Assembly: GCA_023213395.1 (NCBI GenBank)
Contig: CM041465.1
Span: forward strand, 184,395,741-184,459,740
DNA length: 64,000 nucleotides
Direction of reading: 5' to 3'
DNA from: Cycas panzhihuaensis
Taxonomy: Eukaryota; Plantae; Cycadophyta
A model generated the notes under the pieces. The model made no database searches. It was not told the origin of the DNA and worked only from the letters and a program-made list of their open reading frames with translations. Numbering within the stretch: position 1 is the first letter of the stretch; each line of letters begins with the position of its first letter. Shown here one piece after another: positions 39,201 to 53,000 of this stretch. The translations under genes were made by a program, and so were the position numbers.

Positions 39201-42200
39201 CTATCTTAACCCTAGTAGGTTTCTAAAAGCACTGAATTTCTCTTTCCCAAGAGGTTTAGTGAGCATATCGACAATTTGATCTTCGACGGACAATCTTTGA
39301 AGTTCGATTTCTTTATTCTGTACCTTTTCCCTAATAAAATGATGATGTACTTCGATATGTTTTGTTCTGGCATGTAGAACATTATTCTTCGTCATTTTTA
39401 TGGTACTTTGATTGTCACAAAATATTTGAGTAGACATTGTTTGTTCTTCTCCTAGTTATTTTAGTAGTTGTCTAATCCATATCCCTTCACAAGCTACGTT
39501 GATTGCCGACTTGTATTATGCTTCTATTGATGACAATGCAACCGTTGACTGTTTTTTACTGCTCCATGAGATCAAGGATTTTCCAAGGAAGAAACAATAA
39601 CCTGATGTTGATTTTCTATCTGTTTTGTCTCCAGCCTAGTCTGAATCACAGAGACCTGTTAATTGTGTGTTGTTTTTTTTATCATATCTCAAGCCAAGAT
39701 TCATGGTTCCCTTCAAGTAACACAAGATTTTTTTTGCAGCATTCTAATGTGGAATTTTAGGATTTTCCATGAATATGAAAATCAACCCTACAACATATAA
39801 TATGTCAGGTCATGTGGCTGTGAGATAGATTAAGCTTCAAACTAATTGTCTGTATTGTGTGGCATCAATCAGTCGCATCCTATTCTGCAATCAACACAAT
39901 TCCTGTTTCCATTGGTGTACTGACACTATTACAATTCTCCATTCTAAACTTGGTCAACAAGTTCTTTACATACTTTGTTTGTGAGAGAATATGGAAGAAT
40001 TGTTTTGTTTAACTTCTATTCTAAGGTAGTAATGCATCATTCCTAAATCCGTCATTTCAAATACATTTTCAAACTTATCTTTGATAAATGCTATTGAATT
40101 TTTGTTATCTCCAGTGATCAGCATGTCGTCCACATATACTACAACAATGGAGATAGATCCTGAATTACCTTTTACATACAGACTATGATCAGATTCACAT
40201 CGATGAAAACCATTTTCTATTAAGTATGAGTCTAATTTAGCATACCAAACTCTTGGAGCTTGTTTAAGCCCATACAATGCCTTCTTCAGTTTGCAAACCA
40301 TATTTTCCTGTCTTGCTTTTATGTATCCTTCTGGTTGATACATATATACCTCTTCCTGAAGTTCTCCATTCAATAACGCGCTTTTGACGTCCATTTGATA
40401 GATTTCCTAACATTTTTAGGCAGCAAGAGCAATCATTATTCTTACCGTGTTCAATTTTGCCATAGGTGAAAACGCTTTTTCATAATCGATTCTTACTGTT
40501 TGAGTATATCCTTTTGCTACCAGTCTGGCCTTGTATTTTTTTACTTCTCCATTTGGCTTCTCTTTTATCTTGTATACCCATTTGCAGTTTACAATGGGTT
40601 TGTCTGCTAGAATTGGGACGAGATCCCATGTCTTGTTCTTTTGTATGGCTTCAATTTCAGCATCCATTGCAGTTCTCCAATTTTGGAAACTACTGGCTTC
40701 TTTATAAGAGTTTGGTTCAATGGAACAAATCAAAGCCTGAGGTTTCTGTGATCTTGTTCGATGTTCAAATATATCTCCTTTTGTTTCTTCAAGAGTTTTA
40801 AGATACCACCTTGTTACATTTTTTGAGGTGCATTCTTGTAACGATTTTTCTTCATCTCTGGAGTTAGAGCTGCTGTCTGATTCAAGGTTGCAACTACAGG
40901 TTAGTTGCTTATCTGGATTCTCATTTTTTGAAGAATCTTCTCTTGTCTTAATTCTTTTTGAAGTTATATTTGACTTGTGTTCCAATTGGTCAGGACATAT
41001 ATGCGAATGATCTTCATCAATTTGTATTGTTGTATCAATATTTTCCTTTTTCTTGTCAAAAATTACATCCCTGCTGACATAAAGCTTATCTGTTTTTAGA
41101 TCCATGCACCTGTAAGCTTTTGAATGGTGGCTATATCCAACCATTATATATTCAATATTTTTATTATCTAATTTGACTCTCTTCTTGTATGGAATATGAA
41201 CATAGGCCTTGCAGCCAAATATTTTAAAATGGCTTACATCAGGTTTGTGTCCTGACCAAGCTTCTTTGGGAGTTATATTGTCTAAGGACTGAGTAGGGCT
41301 TCTGTTGATCAAATATGCAGCTGTATGTACAACTTCTGCCCAATATTTCTTTGCTAAATCTTTACTATTTAGCATGCAACGAGCCATTTCTACAATTGTT
41401 CTATTCATTCTTTCTGCTACTTCATTAGATTGAGGTGTATACGGAGTTGTGAACCGTCTTTGAATTCCATGTGTTTTGCAGAAATGAATAAATTCATTAG
41501 ACATAAACTCACCACCTCTATCAGAACGAACATATTTGATCCTATGACCGCTTTCCAATTCACTTGCAGCTTTAAATTCTTTAAAATATCCAAATGTTTC
41601 TGATTTGCTAGATAGAAAGTACACCCAAACTTTTCTGGAAAAATCATCAATGAAGGTCAAGAAATACCTTAATTCATTTGTCGAGATGGGCAAAAAAGGA
41701 CCACATAGGTCGGTGTATATTAATTCCAATTTGCATTGTGCGCGCCATGTACTTTTTGAAAACGGAGTTCTGTGTTGCTTTCCCATCATATAACTTTTAT
41801 ATATAAAATGGTTAAATGAGATATCTGGCAGACCATTCACCATGTTATATTTTTTTAATCTTTCTAATATATCATGAGAGATATGACCATACTTCAAATG
41901 CCAAGTTTCATTATTATCAGTGTCATTTTCTGCAAAAGCTTTTACATCAGAAATCATTTTGGTGAGGCCTTTGTCAGGCATTACAGGAGTTGAAAGGAGT
42001 TTATACAACCTATTGCATTTTTCTCCTTTAGCTATAACTGTCCAATTTCTTTTTATATCAAGAATATAACAATATCCATGTTCATCGAATATTGTTCTTA
42101 ACTTTTTATCACTCAATTGTGAAATTGACAGAAGATTCTTTTTAATTCCAGGTACAAAAAAGACATTGCCAATACATTGAATCTTTCCGTCGATGCATAT

Positions 42201-43337
42201 GGCGATTTGTCCTATTCCCCTTATGTGTAAGGGAAAATTATCTACTAGCTCAACAGAAGTATTGTATTCATAGGATTTGATGATTTCAAACCATTCTTTG
42301 ACTCCTGTCATGTGATGTGAGGCACCCGAGTCTATATACCAGTTTTCTGTTGTGCTTGCATTTGCTATCAGGGCTGCAATAAAGGCAGTTTCAATTTCTT
42401 CTTCTGGTATGTCCTTTTCTTTGCTATAATTTCTAAATACCTGCTGTTTTCCTTTTTGCAGTTCTGCACGTTTCTAGTAGCACTAATAGGGGTAATGACC
42501 TGTTTGGCCACAGTGATAACAAACATCAAAAGCTCTACAATTACTTGAGAAGTGACCTAGTTTTCCGCAATTAAAACATACTCTTGCATCTCGAGGTGGA
42601 TTGTTGTTCATTCTTCCTCGTCCTCTTCCTTCCGTCTAACGTCCCCTGTGACTTGCTGGTGTTCTTCCTCTTGATCTGGGATTAAATTGTCCTCTTCCTC
42701 TGCCTCCTATATGAAGTTTTGAAATGAGAGCATCTTCAATTTTTGACTCTTCTTCGTACCTTTGATTTCTCTGCTCTTGTGCATACATATGTCCTATCAA
42801 AGTGTCAAAAGACATTGTGGCAGTATGTCCTCCTCCTGTCAACATGTTCACCATGTTATCAAAGGACTTTGGAAGTTTATTGAGCATCAGATGAATTAGT
42901 TCTATGTCCGTTAATTTCTCTCCTGCTGTGAGAAGAGTAGTTTTAATGCTAGTTAACTTGGTTAAGAAATCTGACACGGTTTGCCCCTCTCTCATTTTCA
43001 ATTTATAAAGCTCTTCTCTTAATGCCACAATTCTGGTTTCATTTTTCGTGCTAAACATCGAAGTCATAACTTTTCATATTTCATTTGCATTTTCTAGGCC
43101 ATCTACATAAACTAGTAATGAGTCAGAAATTGAGAGTTTGAGGACTGACACAACAACATTATTCATTTCCTTCCAACTAGTCAAATTTGTTGCGTCGGCA
43201 GGCTGTTTTTCATCTCTAGTAGTGATTTTCCAGGGTCGTTTTGCTCTCAACAGTCCTTCAATCTTGATTTTCCAAATACTAATGTTCATTTCAGTAAGTT
43301 TCTCATTTTCATTCAGTGAACCAGCAGAGAAGGCCAT
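39201..43337 (-). pseudogene. Copia gag-pol polyprotein (gag, two zinc knuckles, protease, integrase, RT, RNaseH) with several stops/frameshifts
   Basis: ORFs 43074-43349, 42636-43067, 40416-42311, 39966-40394 and 39201-39437. Motifs WYIDSGASHHMTG, DLCGP, FIDDFSRKVW, RSDRGGEF, YVDDML, HARTKHIEVHHHF. Confidence 0.95.
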
Positions 43338-43411
43338 TATTAAGGGCAATTGGAAACAAAAAAACTAAATTTAATTATGCATCTGACCTCTATCACAATT
43401 TCGTGCAGATC

Positions 43412-43665
43412 TTGAAGTTGTATAGAATAAGACAAAATTGGTCTTAAAAGAGAGAGCTCGCAAATGGGTATCTGGATCTATGATTATTTTCTTGAATGAG
43501 CTTTAGATGTGAGAGAAAAAGCCTGATGTATGGAAATTCTGTGTGGTATTGAAGTTGTACAGAATACGACAGAATTGGTCTTAAAAGAGAGAGCTTGCAA
43601 ATGGGTATCCAGATCTATGATTATTTTCTTGAATGAGCTTTAGATGTGAGAGAAAAAGCCAGATG
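43412..43665. repeat. ~117-bp direct repeat (period ~137) in the Copia 5' UTR
   Basis: ttgaagttgtaYagaata...gagagaaaaagccWgatg at 43412-43528 and 43549-43665. Confidence 0.9.
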
Positions 43666-45884
43666 AAAGAGAAAATCTGCGCCCAAGGGTTTTTACCTTT
43701 TTTAAAAAAAACTTCAGAAAAACTCTTTGAATCTATGCAAGGAATCACCGAAAACCTTCGTCTAGGGATTAGAAAGGATTTAAGTACTTGTACCAGGGAT
43801 TTTGTCTGAAAATTTTTGAAAAAATCGCTAAGAGAAGGCTCTCAACCCACGCGCCTGTTCTTTGGCCTGAAATTGGGTTCAAATGACTCTGAATGATGTT
43901 GTCGTAGAAGAGAAAAATGTAGAGGAGGCTTTGATCTTCGATTTGGGTAAGTTTCATTAAATTCTGATGACTTCAATTTTTGACGTTCGTACAGGTCTGT
44001 ACAATCGCAAAGAAAAGCCGTATGATTATTCTTTCAACTTTGCCTAAACAAATTTATCTTCACACAACAGATTCTTGTAATAACTATATGTCTTCTTCTC
44101 CTTTTAATGAATCCCTAATTGTCTGTCTTCTTCTCCTTTTAATGAATCCCAGATTTGTTTCTTCACAGGTAAGAGGACCAAAGGGCCTGCTCTGATACCA
44201 TGTGAAAGTCCTTTGAAGAGGAAGAAATTCACTCTCTCAATGTCTTTTATTGATAATACGTTGTACATATATATATAAGTACAAGGTGGATACAATTGGC
44301 AGCTGCTCAACCATATAACACCACTTATCATCTTGAGAAAGGAGAGAAAGGGGGTACATGACCCTTACATTAAATATTATAACCTAAGGTAAAACATTAC
44401 CTTTTACAAAATTTTGTATTATGCAAAGTTTTGCTTGCCAACATTTTAGCAACATGTTTGCTGCACTTGGGAAATATTGGCAAAAAAATGAATATGTAAA
44501 AGGCTTGAAATCCTATGAGGAAGGATTTGAGTCCCCTTAGTTAGGTAACTCACCTCCTTAGAGAAAGTTCGACAATATTCAGGCTACATTTTGAGAACTT
44601 TCTCATGGTTATGAGTATGAACCACACAAAAGAAACCTAAACCCATGTAGAGATAAGGAAACTTCAATAAAAATTTAGCACTTTATACTAATCATCCTCA
44701 AATTAGTGAACTTTTGCTTGAAGCGATTCATATAACGAGCCAAAGAAAACCAATATAAACTCTACAATCTAATGAATAAATTGCCAAACCTAATAAGGAG
44801 GGAGAGTGTGTGCCTTAGATATATGTTGTAGTAGCTCTAAGATGCTCCAACTCAAAATGCTCCAATAGACCAACAAGTGAAGAAGAGACTCTTGAAGATA
44901 GCAAAGCAAGAAGAGTGAGGAATTTTGTACAAAGAAGGGGAAAAAGTTAAAGATGTGGCCAAAGGAAGAAAGGAACATGGATTTGGGTGTGTACAACCCT
45001 AAATCTCCAAACCTTTCAATCGATAGCCTAAAATCAAACTTTGAACCAAACACTCCAAGGGTGTAAGTGACATTTACAAAGGTTGAGTTGAAAATCTAGC
45101 AACACTCCATTATAGAAAATGTTTTCCCTCTTTTCTTCATAAATATGGACTTATTTATAGAGAAAATGAAAGGGAGGGGTTGGAGAAAACTCATGGGATG
45201 TTGGTCCATAGTTTTGTAATGAACTATAATAGAACAATTGGAAGAAATGACTTTCTGTTATTTATTTTTTACATCTAAACAACAAAAAATGTGATTTAAT
45301 AGAACTAAAACTTTAATATTCTCCATAAAACATGAGATTATGAATTAAAAAAATGATATCTTAAATAAAACATGATGTTTTAAAAACTCAATTAGTCAAA
45401 AAATGCTATCACATTTTATGTTTAACATTATGTTTTTTTATTTCAATGTGTGCCATCAAATTATCTCACATTTATCTATAATAGAATAAGACATCATAAG
45501 ACATATAGAATTGAGCACACGAACCAAAAATTCATTAGCATAAAGGCTTGCATTTGGTCCTCTCACAACCAGATGTAAGTCGAAGCAGTACGTGATGGAA
45601 AAGCTTGCGATGCAGATGGTATTAAAGAATGCCCAAAGATTCCTACTACCTACGCGCACACACCTTGATATATGATATGACTATTTAACTTAAGCCATTA
45701 GTTACATTTTATATATTTGGTTATAATTGTCTATTATTACATAACTAATCAGATCATTAATGGCTAATATTTGTTATTAAATTATAATTTTGGTCATATT
45801 TTGGGTGTTTGATTGTGACTTGGTCACACCTTTAGTCATAGCTAGTCATACTTGGTCACACCTTTGGTTACAATTGGTCATACC

Positions 45885-48131
45885 TGTCAAGAATAACATG
45901 GAAAGCATTCATCAACTAACACCTAATGATATCAATGAACAAGGACCACAATGAATTAACTTAACATCAACAGATTACATCAGAACACCCACTATACCAG
46001 GGACTTTATATGAGTCTCCATGATAACTTATTTTTCATATACCACCATAACCACTTTTATATATTAAGTGGGTGGGAGATCACACTATAGATCTAATGCA
46101 TGTGGGACTATTACTTTTACTCTAACTAATGACATTACACTACTAATTTCACCAATAATGTTATAATGACAAATAACTCTTACCCTCTAATACTTGAGAC
46201 TATTGGCCCTAAGACTCACACAACATTAAATATTATATTCTAACACCTCCCCTTAATATTTAATGTTTGAACTAAGGACAGTTTGACATGATTGACACAT
46301 ATTAACAAAAGACTTAACTTGAAACTAAAGACAACATGACAAAATTGACATAGAACTTGACTCTAAAAAGTTATTTGAACTTCCATCTCCTAAGCTTTGA
46401 AATTTTCCTAAAGATGATGTCTTGAACTTCATCATCATCCAATATATTGCAAAACATGTATGCTTTGTTTGCTATATTACCTCCTGATTCCTGTTTGATG
46501 GATCTTCCTGTATACTCCTGGTGAATGTGTGGTCATCCTATAATAAGTATGAAATAGATTGACTTCTCTTTATCTATTTCCAAGCCTGCTGAGCTGATTA
46601 ATTTCTCAATCCATTGATCACCTCCTTGAAATGAAATAATTATTAATGATGTATTTCCAAAATTTCCTTGAACAATATACTTTGTTCCTTTCATGTTATC
46701 TAGGAAATTTGTAGTGCCAAAAGTGATGAGAGTCTTTATTATGGTCATATGCACATAGTTCCCCATTACTGCTACACAAATGTGAAACATTACCTTGATA
46801 TGGTTGAGCTTCAAGACCAAGTATCCTACCCAAAACATGTAGCAATCTTGATGCACAAGATTTTGATTATAAGATATTCTTCTCATGTTCCTTCTTTCTA
46901 ATGTCCTTGTAGGGTATGCTGCCATAATTTGAATTCTTTCAAAGATAAACATAAAAGATGTGGTTGAATTGAGTATAATAATGCATAGTCTCCAATAAGT
47001 GTATATTAATGTGTATCCTGTCATCATTTGAATCCTAGCTACATATCTGTTAGTATAAACTAGGATGATATTGCCCATGCTTTTTGTTAACTGACCTGTG
47101 CTTTTATTAAGTATTACCTGCAGAAATTGAGGTTCAAGTTCTTCAAGTTCCACTATACTATCATTCCTAGATGAGGGCTTTCCTACAATCTTGGTGAGGC
47201 TCATGTTATTTGACATATTCACATCTTCATTATCTTCATTAGATTTCAACTTTTCATTTGTTAAATCTTCAGGTGGATTGGCCTTACCATAATCAATTTG
47301 TCTTTTACCTTTCCTTTTCAACTTCTTCCTTTGATTCTTTTCCTTTTTCATCTTTCACTGCACTTCTTCTAGTCATTTTTCATGCACTTCTTTCAACAGT
47401 TTCTAGGCGTCCTCAGCTGAGTTAGTATTTTCCAGAACCTAGACAACGAAGTGGTAGGAAGAAGGAAGGTTATCCTTATCAAAGGCTGCAAGTATTACGT
47501 CAATGATAATTTGATTTTTCCTTTTGAAAGTTTCATCCCCTTCTTTGTAAGTCAATTCAGTACCCATAATTATTTTCCAAAGTTTCTTTAGTGCGAATAA
47601 GCTCTCCATCTTAATTTTCCAAAAATGAAAATTGGTTCCAATATATTTGGGCAAAGAAAAAGGGAAATCTGATAACCAATATTCATTTTTTTTAGGCACA
47701 AAGGTGATAATGTCACTTAACTCCATGAAAAATCAATCACAGTTATGACTCTCAGAATTTATGTACAATATTTTATCAACTTATAATGCTTTAGCAGTGT
47801 TGGAGCATTCAACAACAACATCTCAAGTACCTTGTCAGTTAGCAGCAACCTGTTCATTATTTGTTCTCTACCACTGTTCATAGATTACGAAAATTTGTTA
47901 TTTTTCCTTCACTTTGAATTCGTATTGCATGGCACATAATAGTCCCCTTTTCTGTTGAGCAAGTGCCTCCTTCCAGGACCAATGACGCTTTGGCCTTGTC
48001 TTACCAAAAGTATTGCACCCTGCTTCGATCTATTCTGCTTAGCATTTACCATCACACCATAATACCGTAGATCTTCCAGAAGATCAACAAAAGATATGTA
48101 GTCATCTAGAGCCCACTTTCTGCCCTATCAT
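45885..48131 (-). mobile_element. Non-autonomous Copia-derived element (gag N-terminus plus unrelated ORF, no pol; TR-GAG-like), 5' part cut off by the Gypsy at 48132
   Basis: Putative 3' LTR 45885-46245 (TG...CA) with PPT cctccccttaa at 46246. ORF 47439-47726 carries LPKYIGTNFHFWKIKMESLFALKKLWKII (Copia gag N-terminus). The 272-aa ORF 46533-47351 has no RT/IN motifs. Confidence 0.6.
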
Positions 48132-50062
48132 TGTTGACTTTTGAGGGATATCTTATTACACTTATGAGATAACCACACTTGTCAAGGTTACACAGTGCTA
48201 TAGTCTAGTCAGGATACTGTCAACATGGTTATTCACATACATTCCCCAAATATTTCACATAATTATACCACAATGGTACATAGTAGCACATAATTCAATA
48301 CATACTCAACATTTCATCATCATAACACAAAGAATACACAGCTTTCCATGTAACTCTTCCTTTTATTAAGTAATCAGTTTAATTACACAGAGGCTGGAAT
48401 GCATTCCTGTGCATTCTAGCAGCATACATTCCTCCTGTTACACATGCGTACCCAGATGGTACTTATCATTCAATGTTGCTCCAACTGGCTGTCATACGTG
48501 CTGGCTTTCGCACCTTTGCATACCCTTGATAGTCGGCTCTCACCCTCTGAGAGTATACAATAGGATTGAATCACTTGGCTCTCACCCTAACCTGATAGTT
48601 CATGCGTATCTCCTTAAGTACTCTTCTTGGTACCTTTTGGCTGAAGGGTTATGACCGTCATAGCGTACCCTTCGATCATCGTACCCTTTCATTAATCACT
48701 TAGTTAGGCACTTTAACTAATCTCTTTAGGTTCGTACGTCTGTATGTACATCTGGCAGCTTCACAGGCCTTCACTGGTCCCTTTGGGTTGTGCATACCGC
48801 TTCCATTCAGTTCTATTCTGCCGTTGGTATGTGTCTGTGGTACGTACTCATTTCAGGTACGCACCTATCATACGTACCCAGTGTTGGAGTCAAAAGTGAT
48901 TCAATGGCTGTGTGAGGACCAGAGGTAGGTCAAATAACCCGAGTTGTGCAGGTATGGACCGTATAGAGGTACGCATGAGGCAAAACGGCAGAAAAACCAG
49001 CATTCTGGGTACGTATGACAGGTGCATACTTGGAACGGGTACGTATGATAGATACGTATCAATGGCAGAACGGAACTGAGCAAAAGCAGTACGCACAACT
49101 CAAGGGGACCAGTGAAGACCTGTTGAGGTGCCAGACGTACGTACGGATGTACGGACACAAAGGATGGATTAATTAAGTGCTAAGCAATTGATTAAGTGAA
49201 AGGGTACACATGGCTGAAGGGGTATGGTTATGACAAGCAGTCATAACCCTTCAGCCAAAAGGTACCAACATGAGTACTTAAAGAGGTACACATGGTTCAC
49301 CAGGTTAGGGTGAGAGCCGGATATCACGGGTATGCAAAGGTGCAGGAGCCAATATGCATGACAGCCATTTGGAGCATCACTGTATGATAAGTACCATCTG
49401 GGTACACATATATAACAGAAAGATTGTATGCTACTGGAATGCTCAGGAATGCATTTCAGCCTCTGTGTAAATGAACTATTGACTTAATAAAAGGAAGAGT
49501 TATGTGGAAATTGGTGTATTTTTGGTGTTGTGATGATGATTTGTTGAGTATGTATTGATTTCTGTACTGCTGTGTACCATTCTGTGAATTATATGTGAAA
49601 TATATGTGGAATGTATGTGAATGACCATGTTGATAGTATCCTGAACTAGACTATAGCGCTGTGTAACCTTGACAAGTGTGGGATATCTCATAAGTGTAAT
49701 AAGATAAACCCCAACCGAAGTCAACATTGGTTCCATTGCCTACGTCCGTTGAGGAAGGACAAGGGCCTAGGAGTTTCAAAGAAAAGTATATGTAAAGGGT
49801 AGAGGACTCTGGCTGCCGTCGTGATGGCGGGCTGTAACTAAGCCACCAGTAACGAGGGGACCTTCCAATGCCACCTAAGAGGCCTTCAAGGTCGGAAGAT
49901 CCCTAGAAGGATACTTCACCCAAGGAAAAGGAAACCAGCAGACAAAGGGCACTAAGATGGTCAAAAGAATCAAGAGACTACGAGACTAAAGGACAGTCCG
50001 TTGAAGGATCTGAGGCAAGTGGAGCCCAGACACCTCAGGAAGAGGAAACTCATGGCGAACGT

Positions 50063-53000
50063 ATGGTATTGACACCAGCGCTAATCAGAGATGATTTGTT
50101 TAGCCCGAAGATTGAAGGCAAACCAAAAGTGGATGAAAAACATCAAGAGATCTCAGCAGAGGGAAGTATACCAGTGGAGGACAGCCCGAAGGACCTAGGT
50201 GACAGCGATAAGAAGGTGGAGGAAGGTCCCTCAGCATATTGGGAGAATAAGCTAACGAGGCAGCTTTTCAAAGATTTAACAGAAAGGGGTTCTGATCAAT
50301 CTTATATTACGGTAACACCATTGATAATATAAAGTTCCAGGTATAGTGGAACACATACATATAAAAACTCCATTTAAGAATCTGCTGTTTGAAAAAGATA
50401 GTACAGCGGTAGGCACTCCCAGTGCATCCCCAAAGGAGGGAGGAAAAGAAAAATCACCATCAGATGGGGGACAGTTACAATCTCCCAAAATGGACGACTA
50501 TAGAGACTTTGGGAAACTAATCTTTAATGATACTTCAGATGCAGCAGAGCATGCATATCTATTTCAGAGCCTTATTGATATAAAAAAGATTACAGACGAA
50601 GATGAAATGAAAGCACGATTCGCCTGTACGTTAAGAGGAGTACCCTTAGCATGGTATAAGGAAACAAATAAGAATGAGCCATGGGTGAAACTTAAGAAAG
50701 CATTCGAAGAGAGATTTTAAAAATTTCGCAGTAACGAAGCTATGGAAATCGCACTACGAGAGATCAGACAGAGGTCGGGGGAATCCGTCCTAACTTACAT
50801 TAGCCGAATGAAAATTATTGTGGCAAGCATGATCAATGAGACGATAACTGATCATAATATGAAGAATTACTTTGTAAGATGGCTGAATGAGAAGTTGCGA
50901 GCCATGATGCATGCTCATCCATTGAAATCATTCAAGAATGCTTAAGATCTAGCATTAGACTTTGAAATGGAAATGGACGCACAAGCGGGAGGACAAGACT
51001 CCTTGCTGCTGAGGTTACAGGATGAGATTAGAGAGTTGAAGCAAAACCAGTACAACCAACCCTTCTGCTAGGTAGGGGTAGCAGAAGAGGAATCAGAGTT
51101 AGAGGCATTGAGAAAAGAGGTGGCTAGATTGAAAATTAGAAATAACAGTGAAGAAGAGGAAATACCCAAAAAGAAGGAGCACACTGGAAGAGTAACCAAG
51201 TGGTGCCACATTTGCAAAGAAAACTCACATACCACCAGGGAATGTGATTTAAATTTAAAAAATAGTGCGTTGCACCAACAAGAGAAGTGGTGCCATATAT
51301 GTGAAGTTGACACACATACAACTAAGGATTATTTCTACAATCCCAGGGGAAAAGCATTCGGAGGATGAGGTCGGGGAAGGGGAGGCAACCCACCTCGAAA
51401 TGTGTATATAACGAGGGGTGCACCAGAACCCTCGAGGAAGAAACCGCCGATGGGGAGATGCCTCATCTGTCTGCAGTTTGGGCACTGGAAGTCAGAATGC
51501 CCAATGAAGCAAGAATACAAATAGAAGCCGTTTGTATATAGTAATTGTGGCCCAAGTGACCACAAAACAGAGGATTGCAAAGGCAAAGCCAAAGCGACTA
51601 ACCTGATGACAATCATACCAGAAACCAGGAATGTGAAATTACAAAACAAACAGAAAGAGAAATTGGATGAAGGATATCCAGATCCACCGACAGAAATGGA
51701 TCGGTATAGAAAAGCGAAATAAGTGTTAGATGGCCCAGTCCGGGAGGAGAATACATTACCATGGGTAAACCGGAAATGAAATACGTATATGTACGAAAGA
51801 ATAAACAAAAGGAACAAGAAAAACTACCAGAAGAACTTAAGACAAAGCCCTAAATGGTGCAAATGGAAGAGCTTTTCAAAGGATTGCCAGCTGAGGATAT
51901 CCCCAGAATGTTGCTATTGGTGGAGAATTTGGTGAAGCAGTTACAGTTGACTATTCCTTTGTCCCAAGTTATTGAGTGGATCAAAGGAGTAGTGTTACAG
52001 AAAGGAATTACCAAGAGTTGGAAGTAAATTATACCATCATTCGACATGGATCCAATGGTAACCATGTCAGTCTTGGGGGAAACATTCCCACGGGTAATTA
52101 TTGATGGAGGCATAGCAGTGAACGTATTGCCAGCTGCAACGTGGCATAGATTGGGAAGCCCGAAGTTGGAAGTGGCGACCTATTTGCTGAAATTGGCTAA
52201 TGAACTATTGGTACGACCTATGGGTAGACTAGCCAATATCAAAGTAGACGTGGCGGGGATAGTGGTACGAATCGACTTTACGATTGTGGAAACAGAAAAA
52301 GGAGGAACATCCTATCCAGCACTGTTGGGAAGGCCATGGTTATATAAAACACAATGCCTTTAGAATTGGAAAAATGTAACCTTCACTCTATCAGATAGCG
52401 ACAACAAGGTGGTATTGCCAATGCTGGGAAGAAACTTAATTGAAGTGATTCCAGATGAAGGATCTAGCACAACGGTAAGGAGCGACACAACATTCTCTTC
52501 CATTGGGGAAGAACATATCTACCACATGGCAGAAGAACCCACCACATCGAATAACCACCAGCGAGAAGAACCAACAGATCTCGGGGAGGTATACAACTCT
52601 TCAGATGATGAACACGGCATGAGGTTCGTGGATTACTGGCTTCAGGATACGTATGAAGTAAACTCTTCTTCTTACAGATGTAATTTGCTATCTAAATGTG
52701 TATCTGCAAACATTGATAATAATTCAAATTCTTTGGAATATATGCTGACTAACGATAATTTGAAAAATGGTAACAACTTAGACCAACCAACCCTTAGTTT
52801 ACCTAGTAATTTTCGTAGTTAATAGTAATCCCGACATCCCATCTACTTCAGCCGTGGGTCCTGAGGTAGATTCCCTACCCCCCCCTTATTACAACATGAG
52901 GAAGAAAGTAATATTCCTTCCTCTTCTTCCTTAGAGGTACACCCAGCCACAAATTTCTTCCAACCATTGGCGCCAAAACTGGGGAAATGGAAGGAAGATT

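Larger units (their letters stand above)
38974..44408 (-). mobile_element. Ty1/Copia LTR retrotransposon, best-preserved element in the window
   Basis: 208-bp LTRs 38974-39181 and 44201-44408 (13 mismatches by manual alignment, ~94%). Perfect TSD aaatt. PBS gctctgatacca at 44189-44200, PPT 39182-39192. Confidence 0.97.

Noticed and set aside
45456-45884. Possible host exon and tggtcaYa 10-11-bp repeats
   Set aside because: No recognisable protein motif or partner exons; most likely a DNA-transposon or Helitron remnant that I cannot classify.
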